Positions 1 to 9,800 of a DNA stretch of 64,000 bases are shown here, piece by piece (positions within the stretch are counted from its first letter, which is position 1; each line of letters starts with the position of its first letter). The position numbers and the translations under genes are program-made. The notes beneath the pieces were generated by a model. It saw only the letters and a program-made list of their open reading frames with translations. It ran no database searches and was not told where the DNA came from. This DNA is from an uncultured Bacteroidota bacterium (GTDB taxonomy: Bacteria > Bacteroidota > Rhodothermia > Rhodothermales > DATKEJ01), in the NCBI GenBank assembly GCA_963768715.1, contig CAVYJC010000002.1, positions 272,529 through 336,528 on the forward strand, given 5' to 3'.

Positions 1-295
1 AGTGGGCGACCTTTTCATTCACAATTTCACGATGCCGACATCGGCGCGTCTCGGTACGCGGCAACCGGCGTTCGGGCCGCGTGAAGCGGACCACCGAAGC
101 GAAACAGTGGAAATCGTAGGTGGCCCGTTTTCTTCTTCGTCTTCCTACTCACGTTCATATCCTTCTCGGCGATCATTTCCGGTGGTGGGTTGACCGGCGA
201 TCGAGCCGCTGTTGAAAGGAACGCTTTCTGAGGTGGAGGAAATCGAGGATAGGCTTATGCTTTCCTGATATTCCTCTGATATGTAACCATAAACT

Positions 296-3205
296 TCATC
301 GTACGGGCCCCGCGCCGGACGACCCAATCTTGACGAGCGACTCCGTCTTGAAACCTGAAGGAGCGGTCACCCTGACGAAGTAAGTCCCGGAGGCCAATAC
401 CGAAAGGTCCAAGGTCTCCTCATGCCGGCCCGGAGTCTGGTCCGTTCGATCGATCCGCTTGACCTGCCGCCCCAACGAGTCGAAAAATTGGATTGTCACG
501 GGACCGGGCTCGGCGATTGCATATGCAATGGCCACGGTATCCCGAAACGGGTTCGGATATGTCGAAACGGACAATCTGTAGGAAGCGGGCGTCGTCAGCG
601 GCTCCGTTGATACGGTGATCAGATCTGGCTCCGCGGGCTCCAGCCTCTTGTTCGTATAGAGGTGAAACTCGCCCGCATTAAGTGACAACATTGTGTCCGT
701 GTTGGTCACGGTCAAACTGTCGCCAGAGAAATAGTCATACCAGACTCCCGTCGAAACGAAAGGTGGGGACCCTTGGGACGCAGTCACCGCGAAGTTGCCG
801 ATGATGGCGACATCCATCGATGGGTGCGACAGGGAGACCGTTTTGACGAGGTTGTTTACCGACATCGAGACGACCGTTTCTTCACTGCGGAAGACCTCAT
901 ATTCGCGCCGCAGCTTGAGAAGCGAAGCCCAGGTCTTGTAGAGTTTCACGCGAAGGGGGTCACTCAGATATTCCCAGTGGATCGGTTTTGCGCCCGTCCT
1001 GGTCGGCGTCCCCGCCGGGCATTCCCCGTAGTCGTTCGCCGAATTGCTCGGGCGAAGGCATTCTCTGCCGTCCACGCCGTGCCCATACCCGAGTTCGCCG
1101 AACTGCCAAATCATCCTTGGCCCGGGAATGGTCAGGAAGAACGCCCCGGCCATCTTCATTCGGTCCAATGCGACGGGGAGCTGCTGGACGCTGTAACCGC
1201 CTTCCGGAGTATCACAGATTGCGGCGCCGAGCGGGGCAGCTTCGCAGGCCCCGTACCGAAGATTCTTGAACATCGTCCACTGCTCGTCATGACTCTCCAT
1301 GTACGTGACAAGATTGGGCGTCGTCCAGCCTCTCCCGCCAGGGCCGTAGTAGGTTCCCGACAGGTTAGAGCCATCTTTGTAACCCATGGTCGCCTGGCTG
1401 TATGGACCGTTCATCTTGTTCCAAATCATCATTCCGGGAAAACCTCTGTCGATGCCGTAGTTCGCGAGTGCACGTTCTTCACGGTCGACAGCAAAATGCT
1501 CGAGAATGATGTACGCGGTTGAGTCGACATCCCAGATACGGTCTGCCATGCGGCTTAGGATGTTGATCCTGCTCAAGTCAAAATTACCCCAGGCCGCCAC
1601 ATCATTTCCCGTATTCGTCTGCGTGAATCCCTTGGACAAATCGAACCGGAATCCGTCGACGTTGAATTCCTGAAGCCAGTACGCGTTCGCTCGATCCAGC
1701 CAGTATTTCGTGGCATGGCTCTCGTGATTCACGTCGTTGAACACGTTGTATGGATGGCGGGCGACCCGGTTGAGCCAGGGATTATCCGATGACGGAAGTG
1801 CCCCGGGCGTGCCAATTGGGCTGTCGCTGTACATCCTGGAAAACGGCGCCTCGTAGGCCTGGTGATTGTATACGACATCCAGAATGACGGCGATTCCCCT
1901 TGCGTGGCATGCGTCGACGAATCGCTTCAGGTCGTCGGCGGGACCATAGTACTTGTCGGAGGCTAACGAAAAATTGGGCTCATAGCCCCAGTTGAGGTTT
2001 CCATTGAACTCCGAAATCGGCATCAGTTCGATGGCATTGATTCCGAGGTTTTGCAGGTAGTCGAGCGTATCGATCAGGGTCGCGTAGTCGTGCTTCGCGA
2101 CGAAATCTCTCACGAGCAATTCGTAGATGACGAGGTCCTTCTGCTCAGGACGAACGTACCCCGTTGTCTGCCACTCGTATGGCTCCGCGCCTGTTTGAAA
2201 TAAGGAAACGTCCTCCGACGTCTTTCCGGTGGGGTATTCCTTGAGGTTCGGATACGTGTCACCAATGCCGGAGTCGTTTTTCGGGTCCAGTATTTTCGCC
2301 GAGTACGGATCTCCGACGCGCAGCTGTCCATCGATCAGATACTGAAAGGCATACTCGTCGCCTGCCTGAAGACCATCGATGCGAAGCCAGAAATACACGC
2401 TGTCGGCATTGAGTGAATCGCGCTTCATCAGAAAGGCCTCAGACGGCGTCCAGTCGTTGAAATCACCGATCACATAAATGAACCGCTTCCCCGGAGCGAA
2501 CAGAGACAGCGTGACGGTTGTCACATCACCAGGATCGTAGTTGATGCCGTCCTCGATGTCCGGCGGTCGCGGGCTGTCCTCCACGTCCACGGGCATCGAA
2601 CCGATATGTCCGGTAGCGGTGCGCCCTTCCGAATCGACGGCGGTAAGCGCGAACAGGGGCTCCTTGGCGACGGGCTGGGGAAGTTCATACCTGAATATGC
2701 CGTTCGACGCATCGTAGAACGGCATCCCATCCAGACTGTCGCCGTTTACGCTGAACGTTATCGCAGTGACGTCAGCCGAGCCGAAGATGCCGGCCGATAC
2801 CTCAATCGCTTTGTCTGATCCGTCGTTTTTCCAGTCCATTTCGAACAAGAAAAGCGACTTCACGCGCAGTACCGAGTTGTTGTTATTTCCGGAATTCGTT
2901 TCCGGATTCGCCGGATCCGACAGCCAGACGCCGGATGATCCTGACGCGTTCAAGTGTTTGTGGAACTTGTACTCCATAACGTGGCCCGCCTGGAGCGAGA
3001 TATGATACAGGTACATGCCCAGGCTGTCGTCGTACGACATGACGGTCGGCGCGGACGGGCTGACGCTCCAGCTCACAACGTCATTCGGCGCGAGAATTCG
3101 AACGAACGAATCTTCGGATTGCGGAACATACTTGAGCGTGACCGGGACGGTCTGGGCCAGGAGCGGGGCGGCCGCCAGCGTCATCAGCACGACGATGAGT
3201 GCCAT
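296..3205 (-). CDS. GH13-family (alpha-amylase superfamily) glycoside hydrolase with N-terminal E-set/CBM48-like module and T9SS C-terminal sorting domain
   Basis: ORF 296..3343. GH13 conserved regions are readable: DVVYNH (I), GFRFDLSKG (II), IILEHF (III), YMESHDE (IV). Start set at the ATG at 3205, which begins the signal peptide MALIVVLMTLAAAPLLAQ. C-terminus YPNPFRD...GTYFVRV...LVKIG is a T9SS CTD. Confidence 0.85.
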   Translation of the reverse strand: MALIVVLMTLAAAPLLAQTVPVTLKYVPQSEDSFVRILAPNDVVSWSVSPSAPTVMSYDDSLGMYLYHISLQAGHVMEYKFHKHLNASGSSGVWLSDPANPETNSGNNNNSVLRVKSLFLFEMDWKNDGSDKAIEVSAGIFGSADVTAITFSVNGDSLDGMPFYDASNGIFRYELPQPVAKEPLFALTAVDSEGRTATGHIGSMPVDVEDSPRPPDIEDGINYDPGDVTTVTLSLFAPGKRFIYVIGDFNDWTPSEAFLMKRDSLNADSVYFWLRIDGLQAGDEYAFQYLIDGQLRVGDPYSAKILDPKNDSGIGDTYPNLKEYPTGKTSEDVSLFQTGAEPYEWQTTGYVRPEQKDLVIYELLVRDFVAKHDYATLIDTLDYLQNLGINAIELMPISEFNGNLNWGYEPNFSLASDKYYGPADDLKRFVDACHARGIAVILDVVYNHQAYEAPFSRMYSDSPIGTPGALPSSDNPWLNRVARHPYNVFNDVNHESHATKYWLDRANAYWLQEFNVDGFRFDLSKGFTQTNTGNDVAAWGNFDLSRINILSRMADRIWDVDSTAYIILEHFAVDREERALANYGIDRGFPGMMIWNKMNGPYSQATMGYKDGSNLSGTYYGPGGRGWTTPNLVTYMESHDEQWTMFKNLRYGACEAAPLGAAICDTPEGGYSVQQLPVALDRMKMAGAFFLTIPGPRMIWQFGELGYGHGVDGRECLRPSNSANDYGECPAGTPTRTGAKPIHWEYLSDPLRVKLYKTWASLLKLRREYEVFRSEETVVSMSVNNLVKTVSLSHPSMDVAIIGNFAVTASQGSPPFVSTGVWYDYFSGDSLTVTNTDTMLSLNAGEFHLYTNKRLEPAEPDLITVSTEPLTTPASYRLSVSTYPNPFRDTVAIAYAIAEPGPVTIQFFDSLGRQVKRIDRTDQTPGRHEETLDLSVLASGTYFVRVTAPSGFKTESLVKIGSSGAGPVR

Positions 3206-3278
3206 TGGCCTCCGTCGCGCTCTCGTCGGCACGGTTCGCGACAATCCGCACACTTCAGTGTAAACCATGTTAAATGGA

Positions 3279-3311
3279 ACGGGGGTGGCAGCCGCTCGGC
3301 CCCACCCCCGT
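3279..3311 (-). terminator. GC-rich hairpin between the duplicated-module gene and the GH13 gene (possible intrinsic terminator or attenuator)
   Basis: Perfect 10-bp stem ACGGGGGTGG / CCACCCCCGT with a 13-nt loop. On the minus strand it is followed by TTCCATTTAACA, only a weak T tract. Confidence 0.4.
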
Positions 3312-3332
3312 CCAGCTGGATTCAGCAACGTG

Positions 3333-5579
3333 CTACTTGACAAGCAGCATCTTCTTGGATATCACGCGGTCGGCGGTCTGTAACTGATAAATGTACACGC
3401 CACTCGCGAGGTTGTTGGCATCGAACGTCACTCGATAGGCTGACGGCAGCTGATCATCATCAACCAGCGTCTGGATCAACCGACCCGTCAGGTCGAAGAC
3501 TCTGAGGAGTACATGCTGTGGATCACTGATGCTGTACTCAAATGTCGTACTCGGATTGAACGGGTTCGGATAGTTGTTACTGAGCATGACCTTCTCCGGA
3601 ATCTCACCGGCGACCGGGTCAACAGCCAGGTTTTCCGGCTCATCGCCGCCACGGCGAACTACTGCCGCCGAATACTCGCCATCCGAGTAGCTGACCTGGA
3701 TGTACGGATCAAAAAGGGCATCCTGGTACCCACCGCTCGTGGTCTCCATCGCGCCGAAGATCAGATCGATCGTCGCTTCGCCGAACGTCTTGCCGGCCTG
3801 CCCGTCGTCGGGAAGGGTCAGCTGGTGGTTCGCCCCAAACAGACTCTCGTTGTCGTAGCCGTCGAGCCCGAACTTGAGCGGACCTTTCCGGGCATCCCCT
3901 GCCATGTACGATACGACGATCGTGAAGATCGAGTCACCCGCGACCGCGTCACCGTTCGTCCCATCGTCGTAAAGCTTCTGCGTCTCCGTTGAGCCAAGTA
4001 AATCCGGGCCCCAACTGTCCCAGCCGTGACTCGGACCGAGAAGACCGTTCGCGTAGACACCCGACCACGTCGCCACCGTTTCGTTGGTCTGGACGTCCGA
4101 CGGCACGAAGCCGCTATCTGCCAGGAAGTAGTAGGCCGGACGCGCATCGACTTGGAACGTAATCGTCATGTCGGATGCGAAGTAGTCCTCGATCCTGTTG
4201 TTGTTATACGTCGGGACCATCTCCTGAACGACGTCGAGATACCCGTTGTTGTCCGCGTCGGGCTCGTTACCGGTGATGATGAGCTGGCGGTTGTCCACGC
4301 TCTCATATCCGTTGGGCGCGTCTCCTCCGGTTGTCCCCGTCACGTACTTGTAGTACAACGTATCGGGCTCCATGACATTGACGCTGTCAACTAGAAACAG
4401 CTTGGTATACTTGCTGGGCGTAACGAAGTCGGGAAGCAACGTGTCGGCCGTGGTGTCCCAACCGTTCATCGATCCAGAAACCGTAACGAGTTGCGTCTCC
4501 GGATCGAAATTGCCTGTAGCAATCTCGACGCTCATGTCGACGGCAAACTCGATCTCGGCCTTCGCTACGTCGCTCTCACTGGGATCGTTGGTGCCCCCAG
4601 AACGAACGACGGAAGCATTCCCACCCCGATTGACTTTGATATACTCATCAAACAGAGCATCCTGGTACCCACCGCTCGTCGTCTCCATTGCGCCGAAGAT
4701 CAGATCGATCGTCGCTTCGCCGAACGTCTTGCCGGCCTGCCCGTCGTCGGGAAGGGTCAGCTGGTGGTTCGCCCCAAACAGACTCTCGTTGTCGTAGCCG
4801 TCGAGCCCGAACTTGAGCGGACCTTTCCGGGCATCCCCTGCCATGTACGACACGACGATCGTGAAGATCGAGTCACCCGCGACCGCGTCACCGTTCGTCC
4901 CATCGTCGTAAAGCTTCTGCGTCTCCGTTGAGCCAAGCAAATCCGGGCCCCAACTGTCCCAGCCGTGACTCGGACCGAGAAGACCGTTCGCGTAGACACC
5001 CGACCACGTCGACACCGTTTCGTTGGTCTGGACGTCCGACGGTACGAAGCCGCTATCTGCCAGGAAATAGTAGGCTGGACGCGCATCGACCTGGAACGTA
5101 ATCGTCATGTCGGATGCGAAGTAGTCCTCGATCCTGTTGTTGTTAAACGTCGGGACCATCGTCTGAACTACGTCGAGATAACCGTTGTTGTCCGCGTCGG
5201 GCTCGTTACCGGTGATGATGAGCGGGCGGTTGTCCACGCTCTCATATCCGTTGGGCGCGTCTCCTCCGGTTGTCCCCGTCACGTACTTGTAGTACAACGT
5301 ATCGGGCTCCATGACATTGACGCTGTCAATTAGAAACAGCTTGGTATACCTGGAGGGCGTAACGAAGTCAGGAAGCAGCGTGTCGGCCGTGGTGTCCCAA
5401 CCGTTCATCGATCCAGAAACCGTAACGAGTTGCGTCTCCGGATCGAAATTGCCTGTAGCAATCTCTACGGTCATGTCGACGGCAAACTCGATCTCTACCT
5501 TCACGACTTGTGCGGCCACGACAGAGTAGGTGGCGAGCATCATCGCCACGCCAAATAGAACTCGTCTCAAATTATTCAT
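3333..5579 (-). CDS. T9SS-secreted protein made of two near-identical ~313-aa modules (putative carbohydrate-binding beta-sandwich, GSMNGWD motif) plus CTD
   Basis: 748-aa ORF with signal peptide MNNLRRVLFGVAMMLATYSVVAAQ. The module EIEFAVDM.VEIATGNFDPETQLVTVSGSMNGWDTTADTL... occurs twice. C-terminus NNYPNPFNPSTTFEY...GVYIYQL...KKMLLVK. Confidence 0.8.
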   Translation of the reverse strand: MNNLRRVLFGVAMMLATYSVVAAQVVKVEIEFAVDMTVEIATGNFDPETQLVTVSGSMNGWDTTADTLLPDFVTPSRYTKLFLIDSVNVMEPDTLYYKYVTGTTGGDAPNGYESVDNRPLIITGNEPDADNNGYLDVVQTMVPTFNNNRIEDYFASDMTITFQVDARPAYYFLADSGFVPSDVQTNETVSTWSGVYANGLLGPSHGWDSWGPDLLGSTETQKLYDDGTNGDAVAGDSIFTIVVSYMAGDARKGPLKFGLDGYDNESLFGANHQLTLPDDGQAGKTFGEATIDLIFGAMETTSGGYQDALFDEYIKVNRGGNASVVRSGGTNDPSESDVAKAEIEFAVDMSVEIATGNFDPETQLVTVSGSMNGWDTTADTLLPDFVTPSKYTKLFLVDSVNVMEPDTLYYKYVTGTTGGDAPNGYESVDNRQLIITGNEPDADNNGYLDVVQEMVPTYNNNRIEDYFASDMTITFQVDARPAYYFLADSGFVPSDVQTNETVATWSGVYANGLLGPSHGWDSWGPDLLGSTETQKLYDDGTNGDAVAGDSIFTIVVSYMAGDARKGPLKFGLDGYDNESLFGANHQLTLPDDGQAGKTFGEATIDLIFGAMETTSGGYQDALFDPYIQVSYSDGEYSAAVVRRGGDEPENLAVDPVAGEIPEKVMLSNNYPNPFNPSTTFEYSISDPQHVLLRVFDLTGRLIQTLVDDDQLPSAYRVTFDANNLASGVYIYQLQTADRVISKKMLLVK
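3624..5501. repeat. Intragenic tandem duplication, 2 x 939 bp, roughly 97-98% identical by eye
   Basis: Out-of-frame ORF pairs recur at an exact +939 offset (3818..4147 vs 4757..5086; 4026..4394 vs 4965..5333). Long DNA stretches are identical, e.g. ccgaacgtcttgccggcctgcccgtcgtcgggaagggtcagctggtggttcgcc in both copies. Confidence 0.95.
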
Positions 5580-5833
5580 GGGTGTGAATGGTTGGTATCA
5601 ACGTGAATTCCGTGATCGGCTCAATCTTCTGCGTCTAAGAACTTAAGAGAAAATGCTACGGCAGAAATAACGAGGAGAAGAAGCAATTGTGAGAGCTCTT
5701 CGAGAAAGCCGTTTCACATTGGTTTAATGTCGTAACTCAACATGTTATTGCAAAGTGAAAACCCCGGATTGCAGCTTTGAAATCGGTTTCAGAACGCAAA
5801 ATTTGCCTAACTCTCATTAAACTGACGCCAAAT

Positions 5834-6892
5834 CTAGAACGCGACACCGAATGTGAACATCTGTGGGGCGTCGAGCCGTCCCGCTTGATACTGCTGATAA
5901 ACGTAGTCGAAGTTGACCACAGGCCCGGTCGCGCTGAGTTCATAGCGCAACCCCGCGCCCAGCGTCCATCCTCCATCATCAGTGACCTGCGCAAACGCCT
6001 GCCGAAATCCGCCTCGGAGAAATATCAGATCCTGGAATGCATATTCGAGTCCGACGTTGGCGCTCTCGGCGTTATCGTTCGGATGCAGCGCATCGACGTT
6101 GGTCGTGACACGATGGTGGGAATTCTGAACGACGTCGGCGGCCAGGCCGATCCTGAATGCCAGGGGAATTGCCCACGGATCAACCTCCAGATTGGCGGGC
6201 AGGCGCGGGTTATTCCCCTCGTTGTTGGGATCGATGTCGATAGCCTGCCGTAGATCCTTGCCGGCCATTGTCATGTCGGTTCCGAAATTCGTCATGGACG
6301 CGCCGATCCGAAGATTCTTGAAATCCGTTCGGTAGAACACACCGAGATCGACGGCCAATCCGTTTGCGGACTCATTCCAGATCTTCTGGCGAATGACCTT
6401 GAAGGTTCCACCGAAAGAAAAACGATCGGTCAGGGCTTTCGCGTAGGATAGTCCAACAGCGATATCCAGCGGCTTAAAGAGCTCGCCCGTTCCGTCGGGG
6501 CTGGCTATGGTTGTGACTTCCATTTCCCCATAATTCAGCGCACTGATGCTCACACCCACGTGGCCCATTTGGCCCATGGTGAGTACAAACGCAGCCTGCT
6601 GGACGTTCGAGTCGACGAACCACGATGCATACGAGAACTCGACTCCCGAGTGGTCCATCTGCGTAATCCCGGCCGGATTCCAGTACAATGCGCTCGGACC
6701 CTGCGCATTCGCGACGTACGCTCCGCCCATGGCGCCGGCCCTCGCCCCCATTCCAATGCCGAGGAATGGAGCCGCCGTGGTTCCAACCTTCTCCTGAGCA
6801 AGCAAGGGACGACTAAAGGTCGCCAATGCCAGTCCTACCAGGAGAACCGACAGAATGCGTCGGGCGCGGATTTCTGTGCGAGATGTCGACAT
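5834..6892 (-). CDS. PorV/PorQ-family outer-membrane beta-barrel (triad copy A)
   Basis: 352 aa with a signal peptide. N-terminal signature GTTAAPFLGIGMGARAGAMGGAYVANAQGPSALYWNPAG is typical of PorV/PorQ proteins. Terminal ...FTFGVAF has the aromatic OMP terminus. Start lies 7 nt after the stop of the upstream giant gene. Confidence 0.75.
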   Translation of the reverse strand: MSTSRTEIRARRILSVLLVGLALATFSRPLLAQEKVGTTAAPFLGIGMGARAGAMGGAYVANAQGPSALYWNPAGITQMDHSGVEFSYASWFVDSNVQQAAFVLTMGQMGHVGVSISALNYGEMEVTTIASPDGTGELFKPLDIAVGLSYAKALTDRFSFGGTFKVIRQKIWNESANGLAVDLGVFYRTDFKNLRIGASMTNFGTDMTMAGKDLRQAIDIDPNNEGNNPRLPANLEVDPWAIPLAFRIGLAADVVQNSHHRVTTNVDALHPNDNAESANVGLEYAFQDLIFLRGGFRQAFAQVTDDGGWTLGAGLRYELSATGPVVNFDYVYQQYQAGRLDAPQMFTFGVAF

Positions 6893-6899
6893 AGGCCCG

Positions 6900-9800
6900 T
6901 TACTTGATTATCGCCAACTTTCCCGTGGTCTCCCCTATTCCGGGCGCCTCGACGTGATAGAAATAGACGCCGAACGCAATATCGAGCTGCTCGCGCGATT
7001 TCAAATCCCAGGAGACGGTACCATCGGAGATGTCACTTTCATGAGCCAGCTCGCGAACCAGCTCTCCCCGTGCGTTATAGATCCGGATGCGAGCGCGCGC
7101 CGGTAAGTGAATGAAATCGACACGGCGCTCACCACGACCGCTCGTGATCGTCGGGGGGAGACGACCTTCCCATCCGGCGGCGGCCAGATACGGATTCGGA
7201 ACGACGCGAATTCGGTCGAGCTGCTCTTTCGCAGTGGCCCCGTCTGTCGCCGAGGCACGCGTCGAAAACGTGTAGCGATCCTTGTTCGAGAACGGTTTGT
7301 AGGTGGTCAACTGAAAAACATCTCCGTTGACGGGAAATGCACCGTCGCTGTTCAGGATTCGAATCGCCCAGGTCGGCTTTAACGCAGTTCCGCCGAGCGT
7401 CTCATAAATGAAGATGAACTCATTGCCGTCGAGCTTGCCGTTGGCAATCGCGGGATCGGGCTCGTAGAAGACGAAGTCGGCTGGCCGATTCTCAGTCACA
7501 TTCGTAACACTGAAATAGCAATCCGTTGCGACAGCCTGTGGACCCCGACTCCCGAGACTGAAACCGCCCATAGACGTCGCCTGTACGGCATCGGAAAACG
7601 TGATCCGGTAATCGAACGGTGACAGCGAACCGGTGTATCGCCACTGCGTGACGTTGGTGACGCCTGCGAACAGCGTCACTTTCCCGGCCGGATTGGTCCA
7701 ATTCGTCTCGTCCTGGTTCAGTCTGATGCCGTCCTCGCGCAACACCAGGCGCATGCCGTCGAAGATGAAGGATTCGGGTGTGTCGACCTGACCGTCGTTA
7801 ATAATCGGCTGTCCATCTGCCGTCACGCTGAAGGTGTTCGCCTTCAGAGGGGACCCTTCGAACTGCACTTCGTATTGGACGTCGTCGTCGAGCATCCTCG
7901 CATCGAGCGTCTCAACGAACACGTCGCCGGTCGCCGGTCCCGCGGTATGCACTGGCTCCTCGGTCACCCCGCCTTCCTCAAAACCCAGCGTAGCGGCATT
8001 GGGCGTCACCCGAACCACGTTCTTGTCGGTCTTGATCGATCCGTCCTCAGCAATGGTCACAGGGAAGTTGTTCTCCGCTGGATAGAATTCGGTGCTTCCA
8101 CGATCGTAGGCAGTCAGCGCGTAGTAGTATTCGCGCCCGTTGTCCACCTGATCATCGACCCAAGCATATCGGAGACCTGAATCGTTTCCCAGATTGAAGG
8201 GCACGCCGCCGACGCGCTGGTAGAGGTCGCTGTTGCCTACCCAGACACCTTCGAGCCCGTCATCGAGATCGAATTGAGCAATCGGGGCGAGCAGCCTAGG
8301 ATTCCCGGCAGCGTCGGTGATATCCAGGGGGTCCCTGAAGAACGGGTCCGTGCTCCTGTAGATCTTGTAGCCTTGGAAGTCCTTTCCGAGAATCGGGTCG
8401 ATAGAATCCTCGGCAATGGAGTTCCAGAAAAGCGTCACCTTCTTGTCGCCCGGAACTGCTGAAAGGGTCGGCTTGTCGGGTGGTTTGGCGAACTGGTAGT
8501 TCCGATTGTAAATCTCCTGAATGGTGACCACGTTGTTCGTGATGTTTGCCAACTGAGTAGCGAACGTCTCGCCACCACCGAAGACGAGCGCCATCGAGAA
8601 GCGAAGGGTTTCGCCGGGAGCCAGCCGGAAGTATCCCGAACCGAACAGGAAGTCACCGTCGACGCCGCCGCCCGCTTGCTGCGTTTCGAGCTCGGCATTC
8701 GTCGTAAAGAAACCCGGCGTCATGCGATCCCACATCAGGTCGTCACGGTTCATCACGAGCGCACCCGGCGGCGTGAAGTAGTAGAAGCTCGCCAGACCGA
8801 CCTGGTCGGTCTCATCGACGTCCAGCGCATCGAAGTTCGGCTCGCCCGGGGTCGGCTGACCGTCCCCTTCTCCGATGTCACCTGTGCCCGTACTCCCGTC
8901 GGCCCCGACGTCGTCCGTCAGGATATTCCAGTCGTTGTCGTTGTCGATCCCGTCGTTCCCCGCCTCATCGATCATGGGGTTGGCAAGTCCGAACCGGATC
9001 GAGTCGGCCAGCGTCGCTTGGCGCCCGCGTACGGCGGTCGCAAACGAGACATAGTCCTTGAATCTCAGTGACGGCAGCGTAACGATTTCGCCCTGGAAGT
9101 TTTGTTTCCGCCGGGTAAAATGGAGGGCGATATCCTCGTCGATCAGCCCGTCGAGGTCGTCGTCGATCAGGTTCTTCTCCGTTACCGTGATCGCCTCCAG
9201 TTGTCCCTGGATAGTGATTTGCTTCTCCTGAAGCGTAGCACCGGGGGTCACATGAAACGTCCGGCCCTGCGACTGGACCGTCATCGGTCCATCGCCGAGG
9301 TAAACGATCGTTCGTTCGAACGTCTCGGGGTCGGTCAGGATGAGCGGGTCACCGACGGCGAGTGTTCGCGGCTGAAAGTCCGATTGGATAAAAACGTTGT
9401 CGACGCCCTCGAGACCCGGCGTGACGAACGGGCGCCCATCGATGTCGAGTCCCGCCTCCTGACTGGGATCGCCGTCACCGTCATTGTCGATTCCGTCGAG
9501 AGCGTTGCCCGGGCTTTCCATAAAGGCGTATCCGGCAATGCCGACCGGCTGCCCTCTGTTGCCTGAGTTGTCGAAGTCGTATGAGTAGACGATTCGATTT
9601 GCCTGATCGAAAAACGCCATGTCGTCCTGTGAGTCACCATCGCCTCCGGCAAGCGTACCGACGACAAGCCCGACCGCAACCCGAGGATAGGTCGTTGTGC
9701 TCGTGTTCGTGACTTCGTACACCCAGAACATGGCGTCTTGAGCCAGGAACTGGCTCCACTGGAGTCCACGTGTCTTGATCGCGATCCCCTGTCCGTGTCT

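Noticed and set aside
1-295. Short ORFs at the left edge (2..193 +, 145..327 -), and an open minus-strand frame running off the window start.
   Set aside because: They are too short, carry no motifs and are truncated by the window edge, so I cannot support any call.
3624-5501. Near-identical repeat pairs (also 42851..43469 / 44009..44627) as possible template/variable repeats of a diversity-generating retroelement.
   Set aside because: The repeats are 0.6-0.9 kb in-frame module duplications, not ~100-nt TR/VR pairs. The differences are not adenine-specific (c/t, g/a, c/a and g/c changes seen). No reverse transcriptase gene is present.
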